Positions 36,858 to 51,590 of a stretch of DNA of 64,000 nucleotides are shown one piece after another. Position 1 is the first letter of the stretch. Every line of letters begins with the position of its first letter. The stretch is from Eledone cirrhosa (taxonomy: Eukaryota), in assembly GCA_964016885.1 (NCBI GenBank), contig OZ024741.1, positions 320,044,001 to 320,108,000 of the forward strand, read 5' to 3'. The notes under the pieces are model-generated. The model saw only the letters and a program-made list of their open reading frames with translations, searched no databases and was not told the origin of the DNA. A program made the position numbers and the translations under genes.

Positions 36858-39800
36858 CTACAGCCGCATGACCAGAGTAGGCCCACTCACACGGGCCATT
36901 CTCGCCACATTCACCCACCTTTCAGCAAATGTACTGGGGGGCAGCACTTCTCTCTCCACCCTCACCTTCCTTTCCAAGTGAAACTTGAAAAAGTTGATGA
37001 GGGATTGGCCGAAGAGAAAAGTGTCTGTCTTCAGTCCTTTCAACCTCCTCTACCATACAACCGCTATCGCTACTGCCATCTGACAGAGAAAAATTGCCTG
37101 CCCTTCCTGGCCAAAAGAAGGCGGCGGGTCGATCTTCCCTATGGACTCGGCCGATAGCCGGATCCGTTCTACACGCGACAACAGCTGTTCAACATAACTC
37201 CACAAGTCAGTAATGCACGGATACTGGACGAGTGCGTGCAGAACGGTTTCGTCGCTCTGCGCGCATCTCGGGCAGGTCCGCCTGACAGCACTTCCGTGCC
37301 TGTAGAGTTTATCTCGAACCAGCAGTGCCCCCCGGTAGCACTGCCAAGCGAGGGATTTTTGGAAATTATCCATCGTCTCCGGCTCGAAAGTTCACCGGTA
37401 CAGACTGGTTAGTTCGAATTCGTTGACTCCCAGAGCCCCTGCGAGTGCGTCGTCGCACTTTCCCACCACTAATCCTCTATAGAACTCGAGAATGGAAGTT
37501 CCACTGACCGCATTGCCCGCCTGGTAGAGGGCAGTGAGTGCCTAGCAACATTCCAGATGCCTGTCACCCAGTCTCGGTCTCTTCTTGACCAAGGACTGCA
37601 ACTCAGTCAAAGAAACGAGCTGCGGAAAGGCCCGTTTGACAAACGGCGACCACACCTGTTCACCGTTTAGGCAGAATATCTGGAGATGCCGCAGCCTCAG
37701 CGCGTTCCTGCGCATCATTAGCCACGGCCATGCCCAGCCCTCCACGTAGAGGTTGCTGGCAGCAGATGGACCGCCTCACCAGCGGAACCTGACCCCTCCA
37801 CAAGAATTTGAAGAGGAGCCGCTCCAAGATGGCGAGGCGCGAAAGGGGGCAAGGGACGACAGTCAGACGGTAGTAGATGACGGACGCAATGTACGCGTTC
37901 GCCACCTCCGCCCGACATTTCAGTGATAGCTTCATCCCAGCCCATTTCTGGGTGAGACTGACTACCCTGCCCGTCACCTCGTCCTAATTCTTATCCACCT
38001 GGAGGTCTGGCCCGAACCAAATCCCTAGCAACTTTACCGCTCCGTCCGTCCAGCGCCTAACGACGCTGTTGGACGGCATAGACTTGCCTCTCCAGGTGCC
38101 TAGTTGCAAGCCCACTGACTTTTCCGGGTTAAGTTTTGCTCCCGTCAACCTTTCATATTCCTCCAATAAGTTGCCGACCACCTCGATTTCTGAAGTGTCC
38201 GACACCATTACGGTGATGTCGTCCGCATAAGCCGACACAGCCTTTCCGCGTCCCGGTTCGAGCGGGATGCCCTGCAACAGCTCCAGCTTCCGCTGTAAAG
38301 GCTCGAGAGTCAATACGTACAGAAGGGAGGACAGAGGGCACCCTTGACGGACCGATCGGGAGACCTGAAACGGTTTCGAGAGGTGGCCATTAATTTTGAC
38401 CATCGAGCAGGTGCCGCTGTGCATTGCAGCGATCCAGCTTCTGAAGAGGGGGCCGAAGCCAGCCGCCTTGAAGACAGCCTCCAGGTACCGATGGTCGACC
38501 CTATCAAATGCTTTCGATTGATCTAAATTGATCAGAGCCCCACCGAAGCCAGGTTTACACCCTACCCTCTCTATGATGTATCGCATTAGGTGGAGGTTGT
38601 CGTGTATGGACCTGGTTGGGATTGCGCAAGTTTGCGCTTCCCCAACCAAATCCCCGACGACAAGCGCCAACCTCTTCGCTAACACCCTGGCCAAAATCTT
38701 AAACTCTGTGTTGAGAAGAGTTATGGGCCTGAAATTGTCTAATGTGTTCCTCTTGTTCTCGTCTTTGCTTATCAACGTCACTCCGCCCCGGCTCACAGAA
38801 CTGGGAATACTCCCGTTTTGCTGCCAGTTGCAGTAGAGGGCTTCGATGAGATTGGAGAACAAGTCTGGCATATTTACGTAAAGCTCGTAGGGCAGACCAT
38901 CCAAACCGGGTGACATGCGCCTCATGCAGCCGACAAGGGCATCCTGAATCTCGGCTGAAGTAATTGGCCTTTCGCAGCGCCCAGGGTCAGCCGTCAAGTG
39001 TTGCGGCAAGCCATCGAGGTAGGGACTGAAGTCCGCCACCATCTCTGACCCGCCACTTCTCCCGAACAATCGAGCAAAATGTTGGCGAAAGGCTTCACAC
39101 ATCCTCTTCGAATCGCTCAGCTCGTGCGCGTCTCGGTCCATCAAAAACCGATTCGTGCTTTTTATTACCACGCTGCGCCTCTGCCACGCGGGCCCATCGA
39201 ACAGCTTTGGTTCCCTCGTTTCTCAGAGCACGTGCCTTAGCTCTGACAATGCAACCTTCGTGTTTCGCATTGAAGAAATGGTCTAATGCTATTCTCGCCG
39301 CTAGCACGTCAGTTGCAATGCCACTACCAATAGCCTCGTCTAACTTATCTACCAACTCCCCCTCCTTTCTATTTTTCTCTAATGCTACTTCTTTGCTAAA
39401 CTCTATCGACATTACTCTAATCTCTCTTTTGAGAGCCCCCACCATCTATTGTTGACGACTCCCCCTGTCAACCTTTTCTTAACTAAATTGTTGACCTTGT
39501 CCCTGTAAGCCTTACGTGCCGGAAATGACATGTTTAACTTCCAGTAACCAGGTCCTAACCTACGCGTCTTATCTAGGTCGACCATACAGATCACAAACTT
39601 GTGATCTGAATAGGTGACCGTTTTAAAATGTGGACAGCTTACACTATTTCTGTCTATTTTCCTAATGAATATCCTGTCTATATACGATCTAGATGACCCT
39701 ATGCGGTTAGCCCAGGTCCACACTGGCGTATTAGGGAAATCTAGTCGGTACCTGTCAGACAGTTGGAACTGGCTGATCAGGTTCTTGAGGCTTTTGCACC

Positions 39801-40279
39801 TCCCGCTCCTATCGGATACTCCCACACAGTCCCAGCGTGCGTCTAAGATGCCGTTCCAGTCCCCCGCTAACAGTAAAGGGCGAGACGTACCCAGAAAGGC
39901 TTCCAGGCGTCTAAAGAAGTCCGGCAGTCCTGCCCCAGTAGGAGCATAGACGGCCACCAGTCTAAAGGCACCACCTTCGTTATTGTTCACGTCCAGGACC
40001 ACCAACTTCTCGTCCGGGTCCCGGAAGATCGACCTTACCTCGAGGTCCAGGCCTTTCCTAAACAGCACTGCCACCCTGCCTCCCATTCCCGACCGGCTAA
40101 CATGCAAAGATCTGATAGTCGTCGAAAATGGGGGCTAATGCGCGCGTGTCGGAAATCCTGATCTCGCTGACGGCAATTACATCCATTTCTATAGACCTGA
40201 GGTCGTTGAGCAGGTGATTCTGCTTCCAGGACGATCCCAGGCCTCGAACATTTAAACATCCTACTCTTAATACGGCCAT
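36858..40279 (-). pseudogene. Tx1 ORF2 pseudogene
   Basis: MAVLRVGCLNVRGL, GDWN, SDH, KAFDRV, RQGCP, YADD, CPRC. Confidence 0.92.
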
Positions 40280-40310
40280 GTTGGCAGGTTAAAAAGAGAG
40301 AGAGGAAGGT

Positions 40311-42240
40311 TTACTTACCTTCCGGGCTCTTGTGAAGGTCGGGTTGTTCGACCTCCATAGTTGGTGGGGTTTCTTTTGGGAACCCCTTTAAAAGTCTTGA
40401 AGTGGGTTTTACGTTCGGGGTTCCCACGTCTTGCATTTCTTTGAATATATCGAGCGACATTCGCACCAGAACCAAATCTTCCGGCACGCAAAATGTGCTC
40501 GATTTAAAAATTTCCCCCTCTTTTTGTATATTTTCACTTCGTGCTACGAGGGCCATCAGTTCCTTGTTGGCCCTCCTGACGAGCACGAAGTTTTGTATGT
40601 TTTGTTGGTGTGATTTTATTTGTTTGCGTGGCTGTGGTGGTGATGGTTTTGGTGGTATTGTTTCGGTTATATCTGTGTTTGTTGTGAGTGAGGTGTCTGT
40701 GGTTTCAGATATTTGTGTGTATATTTGTTCTTGCGTCTGTTTAGGTTGTTTGCGTTTGGGGGAATCTGGTGATGGTGATGGTGGTGTTAATGTTGGTGTT
40801 ATTGGAGAGATGTTTGTGTGGGTGGTGTCTGCGTTTTTTATTGTGGGTGATTTTGTGCTTTGTTGAGTTTTTTTTTCTTTTTGTGTTTCCTTTTTTGTAT
40901 TTTGGGGGATTTTGGTTTTCCCTCATCTTTACAACTGGTAGATGAGGGGGTCTGTGTCTGTAAGTGTGTCTGTATCTATGTTTATGGTTTTATTGGTGTG
41001 TGTATTTTGGGGGGGAGGGGGAATTTGACAGCTTTCCTCGTTTCCCCCCTGGGTGGTCAATGTTGGTGGTGGTCTTTCTATTGGTGTTGTTGTTGGTGGT
41101 TTTGCCGGTGCTGGTGTTGGTTGTGGTCCTCTCCCCGGCATCGGCAGCAGTGGAGCCTTTCGAACCCTTGCTTCTTTCAGCAGTTGAGGGTAGAAGGCTC
41201 GCAAATGGGCTTTTTCCCCACAAACAAAACACTGCGGCCTTTAGTCTTCGGTCATAATGTGAATGACCGTCCCATTCTGAAGGCGGATGTGGTCCGGGAT
41301 TGTCTTCACATTCTCGGACCAGTCCTCTCTGGCCGTTCTGGTCACTTCTATAGGGACGGTATCCGTTCCCTCCACAATCACACATCCCAGAAGCCACCAC
41401 ATGTCAAGTCCTGGTGGAATTCTGGGAATGCGGAGACGGGCGGTTCTTTTTCCCATGTGGGAGGGGTACATTATGACCTTGCTGGTTTTGCAAGGAGTCA
41501 TAGCGTGTTTCATAGCGAGAGCTTCTGACTTGAACAACACCGAAATGGTGCCGTACTGTCTGCCCCTCTCTATGTATTCGGTATCTTTTCTGATGCACCT
41601 CAGCGCGACTTCGACATCTTCTTGTGGGATTAAAGCTGCCCTTTTGGTTTGTGCTGAGATGCATCTATAATGTGTTCTTCGCTCCACTGCCTCAATAGCT
41701 TCTACCGGGACAGTTAAGTTGGCCCAGGTTTGCTCTTGCTTGATGAGCTTCCATGCCTGGGCCAACTTTTCATCTTTATTTGAGAGGTCCATGTTGAAGC
41801 ATGGCCTCTTTTTTACTGCTGCCGCAGCGAAAGTGTTCTTCTTGTTTTCGTTGGGGGTGTTGTGGTCGTTGCCGTTGTTCTTGTTGGTGTTGTTGTTAGC
41901 ACTGTCGCTGTTATCATTGCTGTCTTTGTTGCCACCGTTGTTCTCGGTGCAGTTGGTATTGTTGCTCTTGGTGTTGTCGCTATTTGTTTTCATGTTAGTG
42001 GTGTTGATATTGTTGTTGTATTGGTTATTTTTTGTTTGTTATCTGTATTTTCGTTGTCGCTGTTACTGTCATTTTTTTCAAAATTAGAGTTCTCATTGGT
42101 ATCATTGGTGTCTTTGTTTACCTTGTTTGTGGTGGTGTTTGTGTTATCAATTTGTGTTAATTTCGCTGTAGCGCTCCTCTCAACTTCCACGTCGTTGTCG
42201 CACGACAGCAGACATATCGTTGGGGGCGTGGCTCAGCCAT
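40311..42240 (-). pseudogene. Tx1 ORF1, frameshifted
   Basis: ORF pieces 41990-42190, 41241-41993, 40929-41204 and 40311-40586. Confidence 0.72.
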
Positions 42241-42438
42241 TTTTTTTCTCTGTAAATGTTTTAACATGTAAAACAAATTCAAATATTTGGGCCAAAAGGC
42301 CCAAATGTTATACTTTCGCCTTCAGAGGGCAAAGTCTAAGGGCTTATATCCCTTACACAACAAGAAATATTTAACAACAAATAATTTTAACAGGCAAATT
42401 TACTTACTGGGAGCGAGCAAAATACGTCCGCTTAGACC

Positions 42439-42477
<39 letters not shown>

Positions 42478-44145
42478 TTGGTATTAATAAGTGTGGAGTC
42501 CTAGTGAGGAAGAGGGGTAAATTGAGCAGAAGCAACAGAATCCAGGTACCAACAGGTGAGATGATAAAGGAAACTGACTATGAAGAAGGATACAAATATT
42601 TAGGTGTTCTGGAGGCAGATGACATCAAGAACAAAAAAAATGAAGGAATTGATAAGATCTGAGTACATTAGGAGAGTAAGGAGCGTATTAAAATCACATC
42701 TGAATAGTAGGAATGTCATAAGTGCAGTGAATTCCCGAGCTGTCTATTATTAGGTACAGTGTGGGAATTCTGAATTGGAATGTTGCTGAACAAAAAGAAA
42801 TGGATAGGAAGACTAGGAAGCTATTGACTATCTACAACATGTTCCACAAGAGGAGTGATGTTGATAGATTCTACGTAAAGAGATCTGAAGGTGGGAGAGG
42901 TCTTATCAGCATAGAGGACTGTCTTCAGATGGAGAAAAACAACCTGCACAAATACGTGACCGACAGTAGGGAGCCAATGCTCAGAATTGTACTGAAGGAG
43001 AGAACAATAGACCAAGAGATGTCCAAGGAGGAAATAACAAGGAGGAAGAGCAGCCTTCATGAAAAATCCCTTCATAGTACCTTCTTTGAGAAAACTGAAT
43101 TCAGAGATCCACAGACATGGATACAGTAATGGACTACAAATTTCAGAAGTCCCATTTACTGATGAAATGGAAAACACAGAAAAAGCAAAGCAGGTAAAAG
43201 TAACTGCAAAGAAAGAACTGCTACAGAAACTGGCTAAGAAATGGCAAGAAAAGCCTCTGTATGGAAAATACCCAGAACGAGCTAACAATCCTGATGTTGA
43301 CAAAACTTTAACCCATCAGTGGTTGGCATCCTCTGGACTGAAATCGGAGACTGAAGGACTGATTATATCAGCACAAGATCAGTGTCTGCCAACAAAAAAT
43401 TACCAAGCCAACATAATAAAAAATGGATGCAGCCCATTATGCCGTGTATGCAAAAAACAACCAGAGACCATTGACCATATAATTTCAATGTGCAGTCCTA
43501 TAGCTCCAACCGAATACCTAAACAGGCATGACAGAGCTGCACAATACATACATTGGATAATATGTAAGCATTTTGACCTGCCCCATCAAAAGAATTGGTG
43601 GGAGCATCAACCACCTCCCATACTTGAAAAAGATCACATCTCAATCTTGTGGAACTTTAGCATCCAAACAGACCGAAAAATAAATGCAAATAGACCTGAT
43701 ATAATATTGAAGGACTTTAAAAAGAGGGTATGCCTGCTAATTGATATGTCCGTTCCAATAGACAAGAATGTATCTATAAAACCATTTGAAAAATTAAGCA
43801 AGTATAAGGACCTGGAGATAGAAATTGGAAAATGTGGAAATTGAGAACTAAAACAATACCAGTGGTTGTAGGCGCTCTGGGAATGATACCTAAGGGGTCT
43901 AATGATTACTTATCGCAAATCCCAGGAAACCCGCGTATAGGAGAAATACAAAAGATAGTACTAATGGGAACTGCCCATATACTAAGGAAGATTCTGTCAA
44001 TATAAGTACATCACAAGTCTAAACACTAAAGATGCATGTGTGAGTATGTATGTTCTCTCTTGAACATGGCGGACCTTGTTGTCTCTTGGTGATAACTCGT
44101 ATGAACATAAAGCAAGATAAATGCAACTGTAATAATAATAATAAT
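42478..44145 (+). mobile_element. 5'-truncated, chimeric R4/Dong-like element with (TAA)n tail
   Basis: 42478-43122 matches the reverse complement of ~2456-3100. From ~43123 a different R4 subfamily continues (CRVC..ETIDHI..C, RHD, RPDII..LIDMSVP..EK..KY.DL). Confidence 0.87.
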
Positions 44146-44149
44146 ATCT

Positions 44150-45195
44150 GATAATGTGAATGAAGGATGGATAAAGTACATGAAAGGAACATAAATAAAG
44201 CTAACAAATGGAAATCTTCTGTCATTGATAAAGTGCCAAACTTCTGGTTATCTTCTCTAACTGCTACCCATGATACATTGGTGAAATGATTTAACGAAAT
44301 TATACATAACCCTGAGGAAACTCCAGATTGGTTTGCACAATGTATAACATATCTCGCCAAAATCTACAAAAACATATTCCCAAACATTATCGTTTCACCA
44401 ATTACTTTTCCACATAATAAAAGTTCCTCACCTCAATCTTGACTAATAATTAGGCGAATGAGTCTGGAAAACTATTATAAAAAGCACACACGTTTGAGTA
44501 TTGCTTGGACCGACTATAAAAAAAAACATTTGATTGTGTTCACCACTCATGAATTTTGAAAATCTTGGATGTTCTGAAAATGTCCCCAGTAATATCAAAC
44601 TTCCTGTAATATAACATGTCTTTATGAAATACAAATCTATTAATGTCCCACACTGATGGAACTATAAATTCCAGCAGCAAAAGCATTAAATGTGCTATTT
44701 TTCAATGTAATTTTTTTTTCATCTTATATATTGCAATGTACTCATACATTAGTCTTTAGGGTTCAACAATAACAAATATGGTTACCAAATGGAGACAAAA
44801 ACCATAAGTCATCTGTTTTATACGGATGACTTAAAACAGTATGTGAAAAAAAAATGATAGCGAATTGAAAGATTGTTGAAGAGAGGTTGGTGTCCAATGA
44901 TGATGTGAGGATAGAATTTGCACTGGAAAAATGTGCGAAAGCGACATACAAGAAAGGCACAATGACAAGCATAAATTCAATGGAAATAGATATGAATACA
45001 ATAATTAAGGAACTGGAACAGGAGCAAACGCACAAATATTTAGGGATCAATGAAGGTATTCGCTCCGCCAGCACGAAAGAAAAAAATCAAGAAGTATTGC
45101 TACCGGAGAGTACGTGCTGTTTTGAAAACTGAGCTCAACTCAAAGAATAAAATTACTGTTATAAATGCTCTTTTAATGCCAGTTGTGCTAGCGCA
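44150..45195 (+). mobile_element. Highly degenerate R4-like RT fragment
   Basis: Remnants DKVPNFWL, HLFYTDDLK, FALEKCAK, KYLGINE and RRVRAVLKTELNSKNK..IN. Confidence 0.68.
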
Positions 45196-45337
45196 CTTCT
45201 TGTATATATATATATATATATGTATACTATACACACAAAGACTCGCACATACACACATGCACAAACCCACGCACACGCACGCACACACACACACCAACAC
45301 ACACACCAACACACACACATATATATATATATTTAGA

Positions 45338-45992
45338 GAGAAAAGGTGAAGTTGGAAATAGCACGAAAAATATATTTTAGGGTCAGTTTTTCTTTTTTTT
45401 TTCCTTTCTTTGATTCGTCAAAGTGACATTATTGAAAAGATGACAATATTGAAAAAATGAGAGGAACAATTCTTTTAAAAAAAAGTTTTATAATGTATAT
45501 AAAGTATATAAAGTATTACCGGTTTCGATGTATTATTAAAATTCACCTTATCAAATGTTGAGTATTGCAATTAAAAAGAATTAATAGGAATTAAAAACTA
45601 AAAATTAAAGATTTAAAATTAAAATTAAGTGTTGGAGTAAGTTTTTTTCCCATCTTTCTTGCTCAAAAGTGGACTGGAGAATGAGTTCTTGTTAATAGGG
45701 AGAGATGGTAATTTTAAATCTTTAATTTTTAGTTATAACTTCCTATTAATTCTTTTTAATTGCAATACTCAACATTTGATAAGGTGAATTTTAATAATAC
45801 ATCGAAACCGGTAATACTTTATATACTTTATATCCATTACAAAACTTTTTTCAAAACAATTGTCCTTCTCATTTTTTCAATATTGTCATCATTTCAATAA
45901 TGTCACTTTGACGAATCAAAGAAAGGAAAAAAAAAGAAACATAGACCCTAAAATATATTTTCCGCGCTATTTCCAACTTCACCTTTTTTCTA
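45338..45992. repeat. ~280-bp imperfect inverted repeat with ~90-bp spacer and an eroded HHR core
   Basis: 45338-45621 versus 45709-45992; ttgataa-ggtg...catc-GAAACCGGTA at 45776-45813. Confidence 0.85.
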
Positions 45993-46051
45993 TATCCACC
46001 GTTTTGTATAGAACCTTACTTCCCTTTTCTAATACACACGCATACACACAG

Positions 46052-46173
<122 letters not shown>

Positions 46174-46232
46174 ATTACATTATAAATAACTATTATAAAT
46201 AACTATTATAAATAACTATTATAAATAATTAT

Positions 46233-46342
46233 TCAAATCCCGCCGAGGTTAACTTTGCCTTTCATCCTTACGGGGTCGATAAAATAAAGTACCAGTAATG
46301 CACTGGGTAATTGCTGGCCTTGTGCCAAAAGTAGAAACAATT
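46233..46342 (+). mobile_element. 5'-truncated SINE (same family as 23174-23361)
   Basis: tcaaatcccgccgagg...ggggtcgataaaataaagtaccag...gtagaaacaatt. Confidence 0.85.
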
Positions 46343-46477
46343 ATAAATAACTATTCAGTAATGTTTAAAACAGTTAATCACTTACGGTCGTTTCATCCTG
46401 GCACAATGCCGTATTCATCGGATGAAACGATTGTAAGTGATTAAATGTTTTAAACACTCTTTGTTATTTATAATGTA

Positions 46478-46656
46478 TGGCGGTGGATTGGCAGTATCGG
46501 ACGCCATGCTTTGACGCATAGAGTTACGGCCCTTTCCATTCTGAGTTCAAATCCCGCCGAGGTGAACTTTGCTTTTCATCCTTATGGGGTCGATGAAATA
46601 AAGTACCAGTAATGTACTGGGTAGTTGCTGCCCTTGTGCCAAAAGGAGAAACAATT
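46478..46656 (+). mobile_element. SINE, near full length
   Basis: ggcggtggattggcag head, B-box-like gagttcaaatcc, same core and tail as the other copies. Confidence 0.85.
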
Positions 46657-47344
46657 TCGGCTCTGTAATATACGTTATTTTACATTGAGTTATTCTCATA
46701 CTTGTAATTGGATAATATTTAAAATTACCCACATTATATATATATATATATAAATATATATATATATAGACACCCAGAAATAAGTATATGTATTGATTTA
46801 CGATAGACAAATTGATGGACTGATGTTGACATACATAAATACATACCCATGTAACATATACATACTGACAGACAAGTACTGAATGAAAGACACGCTAGTT
46901 GACAATTGTTAAAGGGTTGATCGTTATACATCAAGAGTTGTCTGCAGATTTTTGAAAAGCAAAAGCAAATATCACGATATAATTTCAACTAAATTAGTAT
47001 ATTGACTGAATAAATGTAATATCATCACTGAATATATTGCATTGCAATAAAATACAATAGATTTGTGGTCTATTATCATTTCTCACATGCTCCCACGCAT
47101 TTATATACAGATACACTGAAACGTACTCACACAGTTTCTCACACATTTATTTTGTTTCTGGTGGGTTATTGAATATGACGCCAACCATTTCCTCTTTGAT
47201 TTGTAAATCGCAATCCTTGATAAACAGTAATATTTGCTGACTAGAGATAAAGATAATTGTGTTGGGAGGCCAGATGGAAACCTGGGTTCATTTCTCTTTT
47301 CTCGCCTTTCGTGGTACTGATGATTACATTTATACTACTTCTGA

Positions 47345-47870
47345 TAATAATGATTTATTTATTAGCCTCACAGAGTTCACATTAAGGAAATAATTGTTTC
47401 TACTTTTGGCACAAGGCCAGCAATTACCCAGTGTATTACTGGTACTTTATTTTATCGACCCCATAAGGATGAAAGGCAAAGTTAGCTTCGGCGGGATTTG
47501 AACTCAGAATGGCAAGGGCCGTAACTCTATGCGTCAAAGCATGGCGCCCGACCCTCTACCGATACTGCCAATCCACCGCCCTAAGGAAATAATAAAGACA
47601 ATACAAGACGATAAAGAGTGGGGCTTTTATATTTTACACAAAAATAAAATTTATCAAAGGGACTAAGAAAATAAACATTTAAAACAAACATAACAACTCC
47701 CCCAAAGTTGAGGAGACTATAAGGGTCACTCGTGTAGAAATCCCACAAAAGCAATGATCCACCAGAGGAAAGTGCCCACTCCCAGTATTTCTACTTAAAT
47801 CTACAGGCGTATGCTCAAGGCAGGCCCATTCACATGGACCATGCTCGCCGCTCTCACGCATCTTTCAACA
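47345..47870 (-). mobile_element. Old Tx1 3'-end remnant
   Basis: aggcccattcac..ccatgctcgcc..catctttcaac matches the ORF2 end (..VNGP); AATAAA..ATCATTATT terminus. Confidence 0.55.
47395..47581 (-). mobile_element. SINE with 12-bp TSD TAAGGAAATAAT, inserted in a Tx1 3' remnant
   Basis: TSD at 47383-47394 and 47582-47593. Confidence 0.88.
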
Positions 47871-48879
47871 GAGATGATAATAATAGCAGAGGGAATGTAG
47901 CGTAGCAGTGTCTTCCATTCCTGAAGGATGTTAATCCACTTCAAATTGGTCTTGAGTTGGTCTTTAAAGCATTTTAGGTTCTCCAGTCAGGTGTTGACAG
48001 TCGTGTAGCAGAAACAGTGGAAACATTGACTGCCCAGTAGACGGGGGCTTAATATGGAAGCCGGGTTTGTTGTTTAGAACATTTCACACGTTACTGAAGC
48101 CTAACTGAGGCAATTTAGCTTCACCACAATCAATGTTTAATCTTTGGAAATGATATTGCAAATGTATCTGAATTGTGTGTTACTTTCAGGTGTAAGTTAA
48201 ATGCTGATTAAGAAAAAAAAATGAAAATAATTGAGAAAAGAAGCTGTTTCCATAGCATTGTGTGATCCTCAGTGATGGGAATGGGTTCTGAATAATAGGA
48301 GTACGATAAGATTCATTTAACTGAAGCTGGGAAGAGGTGGAGTGGGTAGAGGCTATAAGAAGTTAGTGGAACGCCATTCCTGGGTGTAATCTTGATAACT
48401 ATTACTAATGAACGTAATTCCATCTTTTAATAGCCTTGGGGCGCAATTTATAGACACCGTTTCAATCCGGACCGCCTCCATTAAAGTTTACCGACCACGT
48501 CTCGAGATACTTCCACCCTCACACCTATTAGGGAACGGCTCACATTCAACTAGTTCACCTATATATTACCCTTCACCTCCAACCATCTAATTGCCGCCAG
48601 CAATGTCCCCGTCTAAGTTTTTACAACTACGTGTTTATGTGTAATTGTTAGCCCTGAATGAATGTGATTAATTTCGGGTGCGAACCGGCTATCAGAAATC
48701 TAACTTTCTATATATCAGGGAGAGTATCACCTAATATATATATATATAGAGAGATAAATCTACCAAAATATACGGTAGTGTCCAATCCGTATGAAGAACT
48801 CAATGTAATCCAAATATCATGAAAAGAGAAGATGCATTCAAAAATGTTCGATGAAAATCATAGGAAAACAGAGTCAAGA

Positions 48880-49231
48880 TAAATTAATAAAAACAATGAA
48901 TAAAGACAAAGAACAAGTTCCTTATATTAAAAAAATCATCGTTTCTAGGATGTATATGCGTGTTGGTATGTATATCATATAGATCTATGTAAACATATTA
49001 CAAACTATCAGAGGAAATATACATACCTTCACATATACATGCTGTCTTCATTTCTGAAGACAGCATGTATATGTGAAGGTATGTATATTTTCTCTGATAG
49101 TTTGTAATATGTTTACATAGATCTATATTATATACATACCAACACACATATACATCCTAGAAACGATCGAAAAATGATGAATTTTTTAATATAAGGAACT
49201 TGTTCTTTGTTTTTATTCATTGTTTTTATTA

Positions 49232-49236
<5 letters not shown>
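48880..49236. repeat. ~170-bp near-perfect palindrome with a 4-nt loop at ~49051-49054
   Basis: ...catgctgtcttca tttc tgaagacagcatg..., with arms extending to aaattaataaaaacaatg / cattgtttttattaattt. Confidence 0.9.
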
Positions 49237-49313
<77 letters not shown>

Positions 49314-49446
49314 GACCAAGGTTCATTGATTAATCAATGAATATAGTTTTACAATAGATTAGAAGCACTCAACTGTAAACATTTTCTGGAGTTATTAATA
49401 TTAATTCAAAATATTAATAAATATAGACATTCATGTGATCAAATAT

Positions 49447-49510
49447 ATTTTATTATATATATTTCAGAGGTACTGTGCTGTTTCCTCAGTACGTCCTCAT
49501 CAGATAAAAT
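49447..49510 (-). ncRNA. Type-I hammerhead ribozyme (H4; (AU)n stem III)
   Basis: Reverse strand reads attttat-CTGATGA-gga c gtactg..cagtac c tct-GAAATATATATA-ataaaat. Confidence 0.8.
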
Positions 49511-49630
49511 AAATTGATGTCTGGCATACTCCAACTGTGCTATAAATGTCTATATTTATTAATATTTTGAATTAATATATTTATATATGTATATATATAT
49601 ATATGTGTATATATATATATATATATATAA

Positions 49631-49731
<101 letters not shown>

Positions 49732-49763
49732 AGTGTGTGTATGTGTGTGTTTATGTATGTATG

Positions 49764-49827
<64 letters not shown>

Positions 49828-50581
49828 AACGGAGAAAGCTAATAGCGATACTCCGACCAATTTCCAACTCACTCAACAAACATTAGGAAATACCGGAGTA
49901 TATTCCCAATTAAACGTTTGGGGTTCTAACTTTATTGTATATGTTGATAATCGGCTGTATTATTTTATATGAGATATATTCAAATCTCATTCCCCATACG
50001 ATCGTTTCATTATAAGATTTCTACATGGTGGGTGAAATATTACCAAGTGGACTCTTATAAATCTTCAGTGGGTGCCCAATAATATCAATATTAATATCTT
50101 AATCAATATTAATATCTTAAATCAATATTAATATTAAGCGATAATCTCCATCAGTGCCAGAAAGAGCTGCCTAGATTGTATGTCCAGCAGTTCTAAAGAA
50201 AATCTCACACTGTCCCCAAATGGAAAGGGGAGGTCATCGCGAAAAAATAAAATAATATACACGCAGGTCATTGAACTCTGTCAACAATTTAAGCCACGTG
50301 TGAAGGACTCAATTGGATATGAAAAAATAAAATATATGGGTGCACTGTTTTAAGGACACATAGAGATATTTTCTCAGGCAAAATAACAGATATACGATTC
50401 AGGAACAAACAATCAATATTATATAAAAAAATAAATAAAGAGAGTCATACCTTATATCGGGAAACTTCATGTCTAGCGCTCCAAAAGTATAATACATAAA
50501 TACATAAACGGAGAAAGATATTAGCGATACTCCGACCAATTTCCATTTCACTCAACAAGCAGGAAATACCGGAGTATATTC

Positions 50582-50638
<57 letters not shown>

Positions 50639-51177
50639 TAGTATACAAATGGCTTCTACGGGACTAGAAATGATTCATTCTAAGGGAATCATCAGGAAAG
50701 CTAACTATTAAATCTAAGAGGTCCCTTTCGAAGTTTGCTAGATCCTAGGGTAATCGGTTGAAATGAGGTTGAATCTTTCAGTGGCGGCAGTTGCCATATC
50801 TCCGTCAAAGACCGGACAGAGCATTTCATCGTAATCTTCGTATCACATCCTCCACTTCCGCTAGTAGCATTTTGTATTAGAAGTTAGTTGTTATCGGCAT
50901 GTTCTTGGGGGACAAATCTATCTCGTATATGCTAGGTTGACAATGATACTTATGTCTGGAGAGTGCTTAACTGTTCTGGCCACTATGCCAGTCCGTTGTA
51001 CTGGTGTATGACTGACTTTGCTGCAAAGATTCACGCTACGAGAAATATGTGTCTGTAGGATATCCTTAGATAAACAGTCAAGGAAAACAATGCTCAGTTT
51101 ATTGTAAGAGAGCTTCCTTAATATCAATAAGTTTCATACACTTATAATGTATGTGAGAGCATTGGTACTAAATATAT

Positions 51178-51238
<61 letters not shown>

Positions 51239-51324
51239 GACACATATATAAATATAAACATATATATGTATGTATATGTATCTATTAACAGATATACATA
51301 TATATATATACACACACACACATA

Positions 51325-51394
51325 TATATATATATACATATATAAATATAAACATATATATGTATGCATATGTATCTCTGTATATATACCTATA

Positions 51395-51438
<44 letters not shown>

Positions 51439-51546
51439 CATATATATGTATGTATATATATATATATATATATATACCTATACCTATATATATATATATA
51501 TATAGGTATAGGTATATATATATATATATATACATACATATATATG

Positions 51547-51590
<44 letters not shown>

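Larger units (their letters stand above)
36592..42438 (-). mobile_element. Full-length (~5.85 kb) Tx1/L1-clade element flanked by (AAT)n
   Basis: 5' UTR, ORF1 (ATG at ~42240; N/T-rich; CFVCGEKAH knuckle), ORF2 40279-36858, AATAAA and ATT tail. (AAT)n at 36574-36591 and 42439-42477. Confidence 0.94.

Noticed and set aside
48170-48200. Isolated splice-like signals (tttcag, gtaagt)
   Set aside because: No supportable exon or host gene context.
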